DNA of 63,258 nt, counting the filler, from Octopus bimaculoides (Eukaryota), in assembly GCF_001194135.2 (NCBI RefSeq). It is 8 parts of 8 records of this genome, joined end to end, with 100 filler letters (N's around TTAATTAATTAA, not from the genome) between each part and the next. Parts side by side here need not be neighbours in the genome. Positions count along the whole stretch, not along the records: positions 1 to 23,934 come from NC_068984.1; 7 more parts are not named here. The stretch is one strand, 5' to 3'. The position numbers and the translations under genes were made by a program. Under the pieces are notes generated by a model that had not been told where the DNA came from, made no database searches, and saw only the letters and a program-made list of their open reading frames with translations. Positions 1 through 11,400 of this stretch are shown here, in pieces (the first letter of the stretch is position 1; each line of letters begins with the position of its first letter).

Positions 1-995
1 TGGACAAAATAATGAAAACACCTAGCATCATAGCATCATAATTTTGAAATATCTATAAAACCATCAAAAGCTTGTTTATTTTTATGTTTTTTGATTTATT
101 ATTAGTGTTGCTTAATATGTTTTCCTAAAATTGCTGTTTCTTTTCAGATATCATCAGAAAAAGGTAATTAAAATTCATTAAAATGACAGATCTATTGGAC
201 TTTCAAAGAGATCAAATTGTTGGTGCTTGTATGGCCGGCACTGGCGTATTGAAAGCAGCAGAAATGTTTGGTATATCAAGAAGTATTGTCTCGAAAGTAA
301 AGACAAACCTCGTCGTCAAAACAAAACTCCGGAAGAAAACCAATACTTTCAGATAGGGACCATTGGACTGCCTTCTTCCAACTGATAAACATGGAGGAGG
401 ATCTGTGATGATCTGGTAGGGAGAGGCTATATCTTGAAAATCCACTGGCCCAATGGTTTCCCTTCATGGCAGAATTAACAGTCAAGACTATTTAAGCATT
501 TTATCTGATCAACTTCATCCTATAGTTGCGGAACTGTTTCCGGAGGGAACCGCAATCTTCCAGGATGATAATACACCAATTCACACGGCTAAAGTTGTTA
601 CTGAATAGCATGAGGGACATTCTAGTGAAGTTGAACATCTTATCTNNNNNNNNNNGATAATACACCAATTCACATGGCTAAAGTTGTTACTGAATAGCAT
701 GAGGGACATTCTAGTGAAGTTGAACATCTTATCTGGTCACCACAGTCCCCAGATTTCAATATTATTGTTAGAAAAACAAGTAAGGAGTTGATATCCTACA
801 CCATCATCACTACAAGAATTAGAGACTGTTTTAGCAGAAGAATGGACAAAAATTCCTTTGGAAACAATTCAAAGTTTGTAAAAGTCCATACCTCCTAGAA
901 TTCAAGCTGTAATTACTGCCAAAGGCGGTCCTATCCCATATTAAAATAAATTTGTTTGAAATTTTAAGGTATTTCCATTATTTTGTCCAACCCCT
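1..995 (+). mobile_element. Decayed, internally deleted Tc1-type DNA transposon (IS630-Tc1-mariner)
   Basis: TGGACAAAATAATGAAAACACCT at the window start matches the inverted repeat AGGTATTTCCATTATTTTGTCCAACCCCT (967-995), which is followed by TA repeats. From 184: MTDLLDFQRDQIVGACMAGTGVLKAAEMFGISRSIVSKVK (HTH). Later: KHGGGSVMIW...FQDDNTPIHTAKVVTE*HEGHSSEVEHLIWSPQSPDFNII. Contains stops and deletions. Confidence 0.88.
567..734. other. Probable assembly artefact: 79-bp overlap duplicated on both sides of a 10-N gap
   Basis: 567-645 and 656-734 are identical except one base and flank N646-655. Confidence 0.75.
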
Positions 996-1389
996 ATATA
1001 TATATATATATCTTTTATCTTTAGTTTTTTTAACCCATAAGATGTAGCCATGCTGGAACACCACCATTGATTACTAAACTTCTAAACCTATACTGATCCA
1101 CTTCCTTTTGTTGATATTGGGGAAACGAGAAAGTTCAACGTTCAGTTCTGTTTCCTCCCACCAAAAGGGTCATAAGACCAGCTCCAGAAAAGCAGCTACC
1201 AAGATAAGGACACCACTCCATCTAATACATAATATAAAAATTTCTCATCTCAGAAATACAGAATTGTATTCTCTGCTTCTGTTTCAATCAATTGTGAAAC
1301 TATCGAAGAATTTACTAAAATAATTTTATCATTATTAGGCCGGTATATGGATTCCTTCACTATGTCAATTGGTGGAGCCCAAGCACAAC

Positions 1390-2335
1390 TTGTCAATCTT
1401 GGACAAGACGAAATTGAGTATGTTAGTAAGTTTATGTATGTTAGTAAGTTTATGTATCTTGGAAGTTGTATTTCGAAGGATGATGCAAAGGCTAAAGTCA
1501 AGACCAGGATAGGTAAAGCAACATCAGTTTTCCAATGTCTTCATCCAATATGGAAATCAAAGACCATCAGTAAGAAGATAAAGCTGCATCTATACTCATC
1601 TATTGCTGTAAAGGGTAAAGAACCCTTTGGTCATGAATGACCATGGGATTGCACCTAGAAAGTTCCCCTCCAAGGCGCAAGTCCAGGCAAGGTTGTTTAT
1701 GGAAAGCCAGCAGTTGCCCATACATACCAGCTGCCCCTCTCTATGCCATCAATGTTATTCAAGGGAAAGGCAAAGGCTGATACAGCTTGGCACCAGTGAT
1801 GCCACAACTCATTTCTACAGGTGAATGAACTAGAGTAAAGTGAAATAAAGTGTCTTGCTCAAGAACACAACATACAGCCGAGTCCAGGAATCAAACTCAC
1901 TACCTCATGATTGTGATCCCAGTGCTCAAAACCTGGAAGAAGATTGAAAATCTCTCATTTGCTGGACGTGTTCCATCGAAGCTGCCTATGTTCACTCCTA
2001 GGCATTTCTTACAGGACAGAGACAAAAATGTAGGGGTGATGAGAAGAGCTGGCAGGCAAGTTTGCAGGACATGGTGACTAAGTAGCAGATATGATTTACT
2101 GGCCATGTGTTTTGATTACCACAGAAGAGACATGCAGCCATCATGATGGAGTAGACATCAGAAAGAGGGAAAAAAGAAACAAATGGAAGACCAAGGAAGT
2201 AGTGGTGCAGTACATTCCAGGACAACAAAATAGTGATGGGAATCAGCCTGAGTGGAGCATAAAGGGAAACAAACAATTGGGATGTTTGATGAAAGCCTGT
2301 TAACCATTATGCTAACAGTATTGAAGGATTTAAGC
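1390..2335 (+). mobile_element. RTE-clade LINE, 3' ORF2 remnant split by an insertion
   Basis: EIEYVSKFMYLGSCIS...KTRIGKATSVFQCLHPIWKSKTISKKIKLHLYSSI, then after the insert VIPVLKTWKK...SCLCSLLGISY/DRDKNVGVMRRAG...FTGHVF*LPQKRHAAIMME*TSERGKKETNGRPRK*W. This is a typical RTE post-RT C-terminus. An 18-bp tandem duplication gives YVSKFM twice. Confidence 0.8.
1611..1915 (-). mobile_element. tRNA-derived SINE-like insertion in the RTE remnant
   Basis: Minus strand gives a B-box-like GAGTTTGATTCC followed by GTTGTGTTCTTGAGCAAGACACT. A related head is at 5150-5257. Removing the insert rejoins LYSSI to VIPVL. Confidence 0.55.
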
Positions 2336-2479
2336 ACTAAGAGCTACGAACTGTCCTCGTGGGCTGTTAACGTTGTGGAAGTGTGTGTGTAATTTCAGAT
2401 ATTTTCATATTTTATATTTTGCATTTGCATGTAGCCAATTGTTATCTGTAAGTGAAATCGAACTAAATTCGATGACTGG

Positions 2480-2926
2480 CACCCATGCCAACGTCGTCTC
2501 CCTCATTGGACACGAAACTCAGCTTGCAAAGACTTATTGGGGCAAGCGAAAGCGAAATTGTGATGACACCTGTGCCCAGCGTCACCATTCTGTCACTTGT
2601 GCCCGCGGCTTGTGTAAGGACTTTCGAGCGAGATCGTTGCCAGTGCCCCTGGACTGGCTCTTGTGCGGGTGGCACATAAAATACACCATTTTGAGCGTGG
2701 CCATTGCCAGTACCGCCTGACTGACCTTCGTGCGGGTGGCATGTAAAAGCACACACTACACTCTTGGAGTGGTTAGCATTAGGAAGGGCATCCAGCTGTA
2801 GAAACTCTGCCAAATCAGATTGGAGCCTGGTGTAGCCATCTGGTTTCACCAGTCCTCAGTCAAATCGTCCAACCCATGCTAGCATGGAAAAAACGGATGT
2901 TAAATGACGATGATGATGATGATGAT
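2480..2926 (+). mobile_element. Retroelement 3' end (SINE or LINE 3' UTR) with (GAT)n tail, 'family D'
   Basis: Motif GCATTAGGAAGGGCATCCAGCTGTAGAAACTCTGCC...CCAACCCATGCTAGCATGGAAA-CGGA-GTTAAA-GATGATGAT. Near-identical at 5283-5453, more diverged at ~45640-45810. Internal ~65-bp tandem duplication at 2638-2760. Confidence 0.7.
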
Positions 2927-3756
2927 CTTCTGCTCTGTGATGTTACTGAAGAGAAAGGATAGTGGATTTCTGTGGTAGGCCTGCTTAAGTAGAAAGCCCC
3001 AGAGTTGTCAAATGACTGCAACAAACACTATGTGTTGTGGTACACACGAATGAACAAATAAGTAAACCAACTGATTAATTTATTTTTTTCTTCTTTAATT
3101 CAATATATAGTTTTTATTATTTACAATGGTTAGGGTGTGGTTTAAATGAGATTCTGATATTTCAAGAAAATCAAGGAACCACATAGAAGCTCTCTCATAA
3201 GCCTGTACAGTGTCTTTATAGGTGAATGTGGTATGTTAATGAATTCTTGAACAGAAATTCTACCATGGTTTTTTTTTGTTTTTTGGGGTGGGGGGGATTT
3301 GCGAAATTGTTTTTATAGTTGTTGTTGTTATATGGCCCCATCAAGTAGACATATTGATAATAAAACAGCCTAGTCGTGATAGTTTGTCTCTGTATATCAG
3401 AGACTACATTATCTAATGTGTCTTTCCTTCTTTTAAGACAGTAGGTTTGTGATTTGAGGGATTTAGCTGTTACTTCCAGCAGGTAAAACAAACACATATA
3501 CAAACTCTTTTTGTTGATTTGAAAGTGTTTTTATTTTGTTGTTTGATTTATAATGATGGTGATGGTGGTGGTGGTAGTGGTGGGCTATAATAATGATAAT
3601 AACGATGACAGGCCAATGACTAGAAAAGCATTGAAAGATTGTTATGGGTTAGTGCTTATTCAGTGTGTGATATCATAAGTTATTGTATTATAAGATTTAT
3701 GAGATATAAGTCGATGTGTGTGTATGTCTATCTGTATGTGTATTTGTCTGTATGTG

Positions 3757-3989
3757 TTATTTCTTTACTACCCACAAGGGGCTGCATACAGAGGGGACAA
3801 ACAAGAACAGACAAACGGATTAAGTTGATTATATCGACCCCAGTGTGTGACTGGTACTTATTTAATCAACCCCGAAAGGATGAAAGCCAAAGTCAACCTC
3901 GGCGGAATTTGAACTCAGAACATAGCGGCAGACGAAATACCGCTAAGCATTTCGCCCGGCGTGCAAGCGTTTCTGCCAGCTCGTCGCCT
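3757..3989 (-). mobile_element. Full-length tRNA-derived SINE, 'family A' (Deu/Nin-like central domain)
   Basis: Head GAGCTGGCAGAAACG...GAGTTCAAATTCC (A/B-box-like), core GACTTTGGCTTTCATCCTTTCGGGGTTGATTAAATAAGTACCAGT, tail GTCCCCTCTGTATGCAGCCCCTTGTGGGTAGTAAAGAAATAA. More than 15 related copies in the window. The superfamily label is from memory. Confidence 0.75.
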
Positions 3990-3998
3990 GTATGTGTG

Positions 3999-4032
<34 letters not shown>

Positions 4033-4832
4033 GGTTATGGAATTTAGTTGTGATACGATTGTGCCTCCTCCTATATTATTTGTATTGTTTATGTTCCAGG
4101 ATGTGCTGTATGCAGTGAATATCTCCAAATGTGCTTGCACACCTTAGTGTTGCAATTTTACAACTGTTTACAGACATGAGTTCTACCACCCTTTTTTTTT
4201 TCTTTTTTTTAGCCCCAGGTCAGTCCCAATTAAATACACCAATAATCAAAGTGGTAACCAGAAATGGTCATCCCATCTTTTTCCAGACACAGTGTCTGCA
4301 AGAGTACATTATTCTATGCATTCTCCTATTCCCTTTTTTAAAAGACAGTAAGGTACGACTGAAGGAAATTTGGACACATTTTTATTGCAAGTAGAGAAAC
4401 CACATTTTTGTTGCTTGTTTCTTTTGTTTTTTGTTTGAACATTTGCCCTTTTTTTTTTTTTAAGTTATAAAAAGAAGACATTGAAGACAACATTTGATAA
4501 AAAAAAATTATTCCAAGATGAAAATACCAAAAGAAAAAGAGAAGAATAATGATAGCAAACAATGTCATTACCACCCCCAAAAATCAAAGTTTGAATCCAC
4601 ATAAAATATATGCAGGGCAAGTTCTATTTTATCATACTGGAGTAAAGAAATAAAAATAGATCCTTCTTTATCAACCAAATCAAAAATCATGAAGTATGAC
4701 ACACACACACACAAATATATATGTGTGTGTTTGTAAATATATGTTAATACGCAAATGCAAAATATAAGTTAGTCCTAGAGCACACAATGTTCCTGAAGGT
4801 CGGCAATGGTCTTCCTTGGTCACAACTGGAAG

Positions 4833-4879
<47 letters not shown>

Positions 4880-5252
4880 ACTCTCCCATCAAAGACAACA
4901 TATAAGTGTTCAGCTTTGCCAACCAGCCTGCATGAATGATTTGTTTATAGCGATCAAATGTTCATGCCAGACATTAGCTCACTCTCTCCATCAAATCGAC
5001 ATTGTCTGAACAAGCGCATCCCATCTTTTCCCAGACATAGTGTCTGCAAGAGTATATTACTTGATGCATTCTCCTATTCCTTTTTTAAAAGACAGTAAGG
5101 TACGACTGAAGGAAATTTGGACACCTTTTATTGCAAGTACCACATGTCAGGTGTCAAAATGATCACAGATGAGATGAAGTGTTCTGCTCAAGAACACAAC
5201 ACACCACCCAGTCTAGGAACTGAAACCACAATCTTGCGATCATGTGTGCAAC

Positions 5253-5282
<30 letters not shown>

Positions 5283-5284
<2 letters not shown>

Positions 5285-5453
5285 CTACACTCTCGGAATG
5301 GTTGGCATTAGGAAAGGCATCCAGCTGTAGAAACTCTGCCAGATTAGACTGGAGCCTGGTGCAGCCTTCTGGCTTGCCAGTCCTCAGTCAAATCGTCCAA
5401 CCCATGCTAGCATGGAAAGCGGACGTTAAACGAAGATGATGATGATGACGATG
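5283..5453 (+). mobile_element. Family D retroelement 3' end
   Basis: Matches 2755-2926; ends in a (GAT)n tail. Confidence 0.75.
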
Positions 5454-6243
5454 ATATATATATATATATATATAATTTTTGTATTTGGTTTGCAAGACTC
5501 TTCATGTGAAGTCATATGCAGAAGTAAATTTTTCTTGGGAGGGTCACTATGCCAATGAGAAAGACAGATTCTTTTTAACTAGCTATTCATTTAACCAATT
5601 AATTAATGAATTGACTGACATTGAGGCGGTCATAAGTGGTGATAAAAGGATTCTGATAAAGCTAGCTGACTGATTGATTGACCAAATGAGTAATCAAACA
5701 ATCAATGACTAATTGGTTAAATGGTTAACTAGCTGGCTAATTATATTAAAGAAGTGAAACAGAATCTGTGCATGTGTTTCTTATTGGCATAATGACCCTC
5801 TCAAGACTCAACAATACATATATATATACATATATATATTCAAAGTATTTCAAGTGCCATGAGTTTCATGCACGCCACTGAATTGGATAGGTGCTATACA
5901 CATAACTCTCAGCCCTTAAATTACTTTGTAATTTCTGCTGATTAAAAATAATATATGCAATATTTTTATATATTTGTTTGACAAAAATTGTTAAAGACGG
6001 TGCCTCTGCATGTTTGCAGTCTAATGACTGAAACAAGTAAAAAACAAAAGATAAAAAGAGTGTGTGTGCGTGTGTCTGTGTGCACTGGCGTGACTGTGTT
6101 GTTGAGAAGTTTGCTTCCTAACCACATGGTTCAGGGTTCAGTCCCACTGTATGGCAAGTGTCTTTCACTGTATCCCTAACTCAATCAAAGCCTTGTGAGT
6201 GAATGTGATGGATAGAAACTGAAAGAAGTCTATTGTATATAAG

Positions 6244-6291
<48 letters not shown>

Positions 6292-7926
6292 GTGAGTTCA
6301 AACAAGAAAAACGACAAGAAAACAATAACAAAAAACAACGCGAGGACATGATATATATATGTGTGTGTGAATATGTATATGTTTGTATCTTCTTTTCTTG
6401 ACATCATGTGATGGCTGTAAAATGTCACTGTCATACAAACAGTGTCATTCATTTCCAATATTCTGCAAAAACATGTCTGGCCATGGAGAAATATTAACTT
6501 GCATGGAGACAGATGAGGGCTGGCAACAGAAAGGACAGCCAACTAAACTCCATCCAACCCACACAAACATGGAAAAGGGGATGGTATAATGATAGATAGA
6601 TAGATAGATAGATAGAAAGCCAGACAGACAGATAGATATGCATATATACATGCACACACACATTTATGCACATCACCCCCTTGTAGAAAGTTTTACAGGG
6701 GAAATAAACATTTTTTCATATCTAGTGGGATTAGAATTTTGAATTTGAAATTAATGAATTATAAGAAAACTGATGCATTGAATTCATATAATTATATTTT
6801 TTTTCCATTAATTTATTATGAAGTTCTTAAATTTCTAGTCAGTGGTAATCGTGTATATCACTATTTCATTCTTTTTAGAAAATGATCAGCATGATATAAC
6901 CTTGAGTATATNNNNNNNNNNNNNNNNNNNNNNNNNNNNNNNNNNNNNNNNNNNNNNNNNNNNNNNNNNNNNNNNNNNNNNNNNNNNNNNNNNNNNNNNN
7001 NNNNNNNNNNNNNNNNNNNNNNNNNNNNNNNNNNNNNNNNNNNNNNNNNNNNNNNNNNNNNNNNNNNNNNNNNNNNNNNNNNNNNNNNNNNNNNNNNNNN
7101 NNNNNNNNNNNNNNNNNNNNNNNNNNNNNNNNNNNNNNNNNNNNNNNNNNNNNNNNNNNNNNNNNNNNNNNNNNNNNNNNNNNNNNNNNNNNNNNNNNNN
7201 NNNNNNNNNNNNNNNNNNNNNNNNNNNNNNNNNNNNNNNNNNNNNNNNNNNNNNNNNNNNNNNNNNNNNNNNNNNNNNNNNNNNNNNNNNNNNNNNNNNN
7301 NNNNNNNNNNNNNNNNNNNNNNNNNNNNNNNNNNNNNNNNNNNNNNNNNNNNNNNNNNNNNNNNNNNNNNNNNATATATATATATATATATATAAAGGAA
7401 TTTGAACACATATCAGTGTGAAGGAAAGCAATCCACAATGTTATATCTGAGCTATCATTTAAATGCTCAGTAATAACCAAACATTATTGGAATACTACAG
7501 TGGCAACAATATGCTCCACTAGAAAAGCATGTATGAAACAAACTTCAAAAAGGTGGGGAGAGATTGTCCACATTACTATATATGTAAAAGAAATGCCTAT
7601 TTATTTCTTAGTCTCAGTCAATGCACAAAGTTCATGTTCTGGATAATTATACCAACCCCAATACTTTGGTGCTTATTTTACCATCTTTATCAAATAAAAA
7701 AAAAGGCAAATCTAACTAATTGTTAAAGGGACCAACTGTAATGGTACCAAATACTGCCTAGGGAGAGTTCTTCACAGTTTTCATCAGTCATATTTCACAC
7801 ACAAGGTTTCAGTTGATACAAGACCATGGCAGAAGATAAATGCTCAAAGACTGCACGGTGAAATCAGTCAAGAAACCAATGAGATAACAAAGCAAACTTC
7901 TTAACCATGGGACTATTCTTTTAATC

Positions 7927-8305
7927 GTGGAGGCGCAATGGCACAGTGGTTAGGGCAGTGGACTAGCAGTCATAGGATCGTGGTTTCGATTCCCAGACCG
8001 GGCGTTGTGAGTGTTTATTGAGCGAAAACACCTAAAGCTCCACGAGGCTCCGGCAGGCGAACCCTGCTGTACTCTCTCACCACAACTTTCTCTCACTCTT
8101 ACTTCCTGTTTCTGTTGTGCCTGTAATTCAAAGGGTCAGCCTTGTCACACTGTGTCACGCTGAATATCCCCGAGAACTACGTTAAGGGTACACGTGTCTG
8201 CGGAGTGCTCAGCCACTTGCACGTTAATTTCACAAGCAGGCTGTTCCGTTGATCGGCTCAACTGGAACCCTCGACGTCGTAAGCGACGGAGTGTCAACAA
8301 CAAAA
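7927..8305 (+). mobile_element. Full-length young tRNA-derived SINE, 'family C'
   Basis: Head GGAGGCGCAATGGCACAGTGGTTAGGGCAG...GGTTTCGATTCCCAGACCGGG. 12-bp TSD ATTCTTTTAATC at 7915-7926 and 8306-8317. Highly similar to the copies at 15709, 32303, 38633, 39957 and 51909. Confidence 0.9.
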
Positions 8306-8310
8306 ATTCT

Positions 8311-8690
8311 TTTAATCTTTTACTTGTTTCAGTCATTTGACTGCAGCCATACTGAAGCACTACTTTAAAGGGTTTTTGGTCAAAGAAATTGACTCCATGA
8401 CTTATTCTTTGTAAGCCTCATACTTATTCCATTGGTCTCTTTTGCCAAACTGCTAAGTTACAGGGATGTAAACACACCAATATCAATTATCAAGCAATGG
8501 TGGGAGGACAAACACAGACACAAAGACACACACATAAATACATGCATGATGGGCTTCTTTCAGTTTCCATCCACCAAATCCAGTCACAAGGCTTTGGTTG
8601 ACCAAAGGTTATAGTAGAAGACATTTGCCCAAGGTGTCACACAGTGGGACTAAAGCTAGAACCATGTTACCAAAACAACTACACCTATGC
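8311..8690 (-). mobile_element. tRNA-derived SINE, 'family B' (ACTCTTT tail)
   Basis: Reverse complement of the 20473-20877 element. The family C copy sits in its tail. Confidence 0.8.
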
Positions 8691-8849
8691 CAACTTAATT
8701 TTGAAAAGGTTTTGTGATGCAGTAACCAAAATAAAAAATATATGTAATTAAATCAACAGCTATATTTTAAGTTATCTTGTTCAACAACAAAAAATGGTAA
8801 AAGAAAATTTGTAACAAAAAAAGGAAAAGAGCAACACTTTTAAGTCTTT

Positions 8850-9980
8850 CACTCTTTTGATACCAACCCACCTGAGACCACCAATGGTTTCTATGATATA
8901 AACTTCTTGTTTTGAAGAGATCTAAATAAAAGCCTTCCATCAAAATTTCATGTTTCAAACACCAACTTCATAATGACAAAGTTATTTTGCTGAATTTTTT
9001 TCATCATTTTCAAAATGAATTAAAACAACAACAATGTACTTCAACAGAAATAAGACAACAAAAATATTAGCCCTTCTCATACCAAATTGACCAAAAATCA
9101 CCCTAGTTCTGTGATATAAACTTCCATTTTTTTTCTTTAAGGTGATTTACATTAACCCTTAGGAGACGACAGGGCCAATCTATCAGCTGAAAAGTCAAAT
9201 AACGAAGAAGACGACTGGGCCAATCCATCAGCCTGATAATACAAGCCTCAAGATTAGCTGGCTGGTCTTCATACCAGCCAATCAGATTGCTTCTCACATT
9301 TCTTTCACATTTGGTCCTTGACAGTCTGCTGTGTTGTGTGATTTTACATTGATTTTTTTTTTTTTTGTGTGTGTTCCAAGTGAGCATTGTGAAATTTCAC
9401 CATGTCCAACAGTGACACTGATGCAAAATATCCTTAGCAAGTCTGATTTCTCCCAGCCTAGCAGTGAGTCTGACATTGAAACTGGTGAAAACAACCAGGA
9501 AGGTAAATGAGAAGATCAAACTGATGGTGATGGTTAATGTCATGAACTATTGCTTAAGGATTAGGGATACTGAGCTAGATAGAGATGACCCCCTATGAAT
9601 TCTTAGAAAATATAAGGCCAGAAATATCCACAAGGCATAAGCATCCCAGTGAAATACTTTATGCTGTTTTTCACATAGAATATCATTTATATGTTTGTCA
9701 GAGATACCAATGAGTATGCTGCCAACTTTCTGAGGAACACTCAGCTCAAGAGAAGGTTTCTAGGTCATAAATGGCTCCATCTTCTTGATACTGAAACTCC
9801 AAATGCGGTTCCATCTCCAAAGGGTTAAAAACTTCCACCAAAATTTCATGGTAATTAATGATCCAAACACCAACTTAATAATGACAAAATTAATTTAGTA
9901 AATTTTTCATTATTTTCCAATTTAATTGAAACAAATGGCAGGGCTTTTTTAACAGAAATATGGTAACAAAACAATTAAAA
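8850..9980. mobile_element. Two tandem piggyBac-type MITE copies; the second (9067-9980) is split by a nested element
   Basis: Internal sequence aligns by eye with the intact MITEs at 21360 and 22524 (CTTTTGATACCAACC...GACAAAGTTATTTT...CAACAGAAATATGGTAACAAAA). Confidence 0.65.
9152..9828 (+). mobile_element. Internally deleted piggyBac-type element
   Basis: Termini TTAA-CCCTTAGGAGA and TCTCCAAAGGG-TTAA (TTAA TSD, CCC/GGG ends). Short acidic, Ser-rich frame MQNILSKSDFSQPSSESDIETGENNQEG resembles a piggyBac transposase N-terminus. Confidence 0.75.
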
Positions 9981-10164
9981 ACAAAAGATTATTCTTTGTG
10001 GGGTTGATTTAGTCAATTATGTTCACTCCCCTTAAAAAATTCTGGCTTTGTGCTCTAATCAAAGGAAAATAATTAGTGTATTTATACATGTACAAACACA
10101 CGCACACATATTTACATATATATGCAAATATATAGATATATAGATGTGTGTGTGTGCGTATCAG

Positions 10165-10205
<41 letters not shown>

Positions 10206-11259
10206 GTATTGTACTACTTTATTGTACTGAGTTAGTCAAGTTAATAAAACAGATGGTACAGCACCAGACGCAAGATACTGTAAAGCATTTAATATCATTC
10301 TTTAATAAGTTTTGCTTTGGGTCAACAGTTAAAAAGATAGGAGAAAAACAGAAAAAAACAAAGAGGTACAGTAATTTATTTTGGAGAGAAGTTCAATAAA
10401 CTATTGTTGCCTTCTCACCTTCAAATTTAAATTTGAGCCATATCAACTAGAAAATAAAATAAAAAGAAAGAAAAACATCAATATTTACTGCAACAACAAC
10501 AAAAATGAATAAAATACTACAAGAAGTTGTGAATTAAATCAGCAGTTGATAATTAATTCTGTATTACAGAAAAATTCAGAAATAATTTTACAGGCATTTT
10601 TTGTTTCGTTTTTGTTTCTCCATTTGTTTTTGGTTTTTTTATTATTTTCATTAATTTTTTTTTTTCTGCTTGTATGAAAGTAAAAAAATCATAGTAATGG
10701 ATTTCTTAAGATATATTGATTTTATAATTTGTTTTCATCTTGCTGTTGTTATTATTTTTTTATTTGCCCTTCTTTGTTTCGCTTTCTGATTTTAATTTTT
10801 TTTTTTTTTTAAGAATATCAAGATTAGGGGAACAAATATTATCACTCAACAGAGAGAGTTTAAAGGGGATTTTTTTCCTGTTTTTCTTTTTAACTTCTTT
10901 TACTGTTGTACATCATTTTAGATTTTTACCTATGTAATATAAATTTTTTTCAAGATATGGTCGATGCAGTTTTACACAAAGCTATTTACATATGGGATTA
11001 ACATTGCAATCTAACAAACACCTAAATAAATCCAGTATATAGACACACATAACATACAGTCATAAATATATGAATATATACATACATAAATTTTTACATA
11101 TAACATCTGTGTCTATGTGTGTGTTCCAAAGTTTTCTTAAGCACAAGTTTTTTTTAAATGAAATAAAAAGTTGATGACACTAAGCAATACAAGTTAAAAT
11201 TTGAATTATATTATTACAGTAACTTGAAACTTGATTATACAACTCTCTAAGGTACTGAG

Positions 11260-11400
11260 CGATGAAATCCCTCACAAAAGTACAATTTATCATTGGACAA
11301 TGTTAGAACAGTGACAACACAAACATTCATGATAACTGTCTTTCAGGAAAGCAAGCTATTACTGATGAAGGTACTGTTACAAGATCACTATTAGACTTAC
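11260..11400 (+). pseudogene. Possible highly decayed mariner HTH fragment
   Basis: EIPHKSTIYHW...DNCLSGKQAITDEGTVTRSL resembles PSYSTV.RW...D..RSGRP.T.TDE.V. No TIR found. Confidence 0.25.

Noticed and set aside
10253-11200. Possible terminal exon (DGTAPDARYCKAFNIIL*) plus AT-rich 3' UTR
   Set aside because: The acceptor lacks a polypyrimidine tract, the peptide is unrecognised, and no upstream exon is supported.
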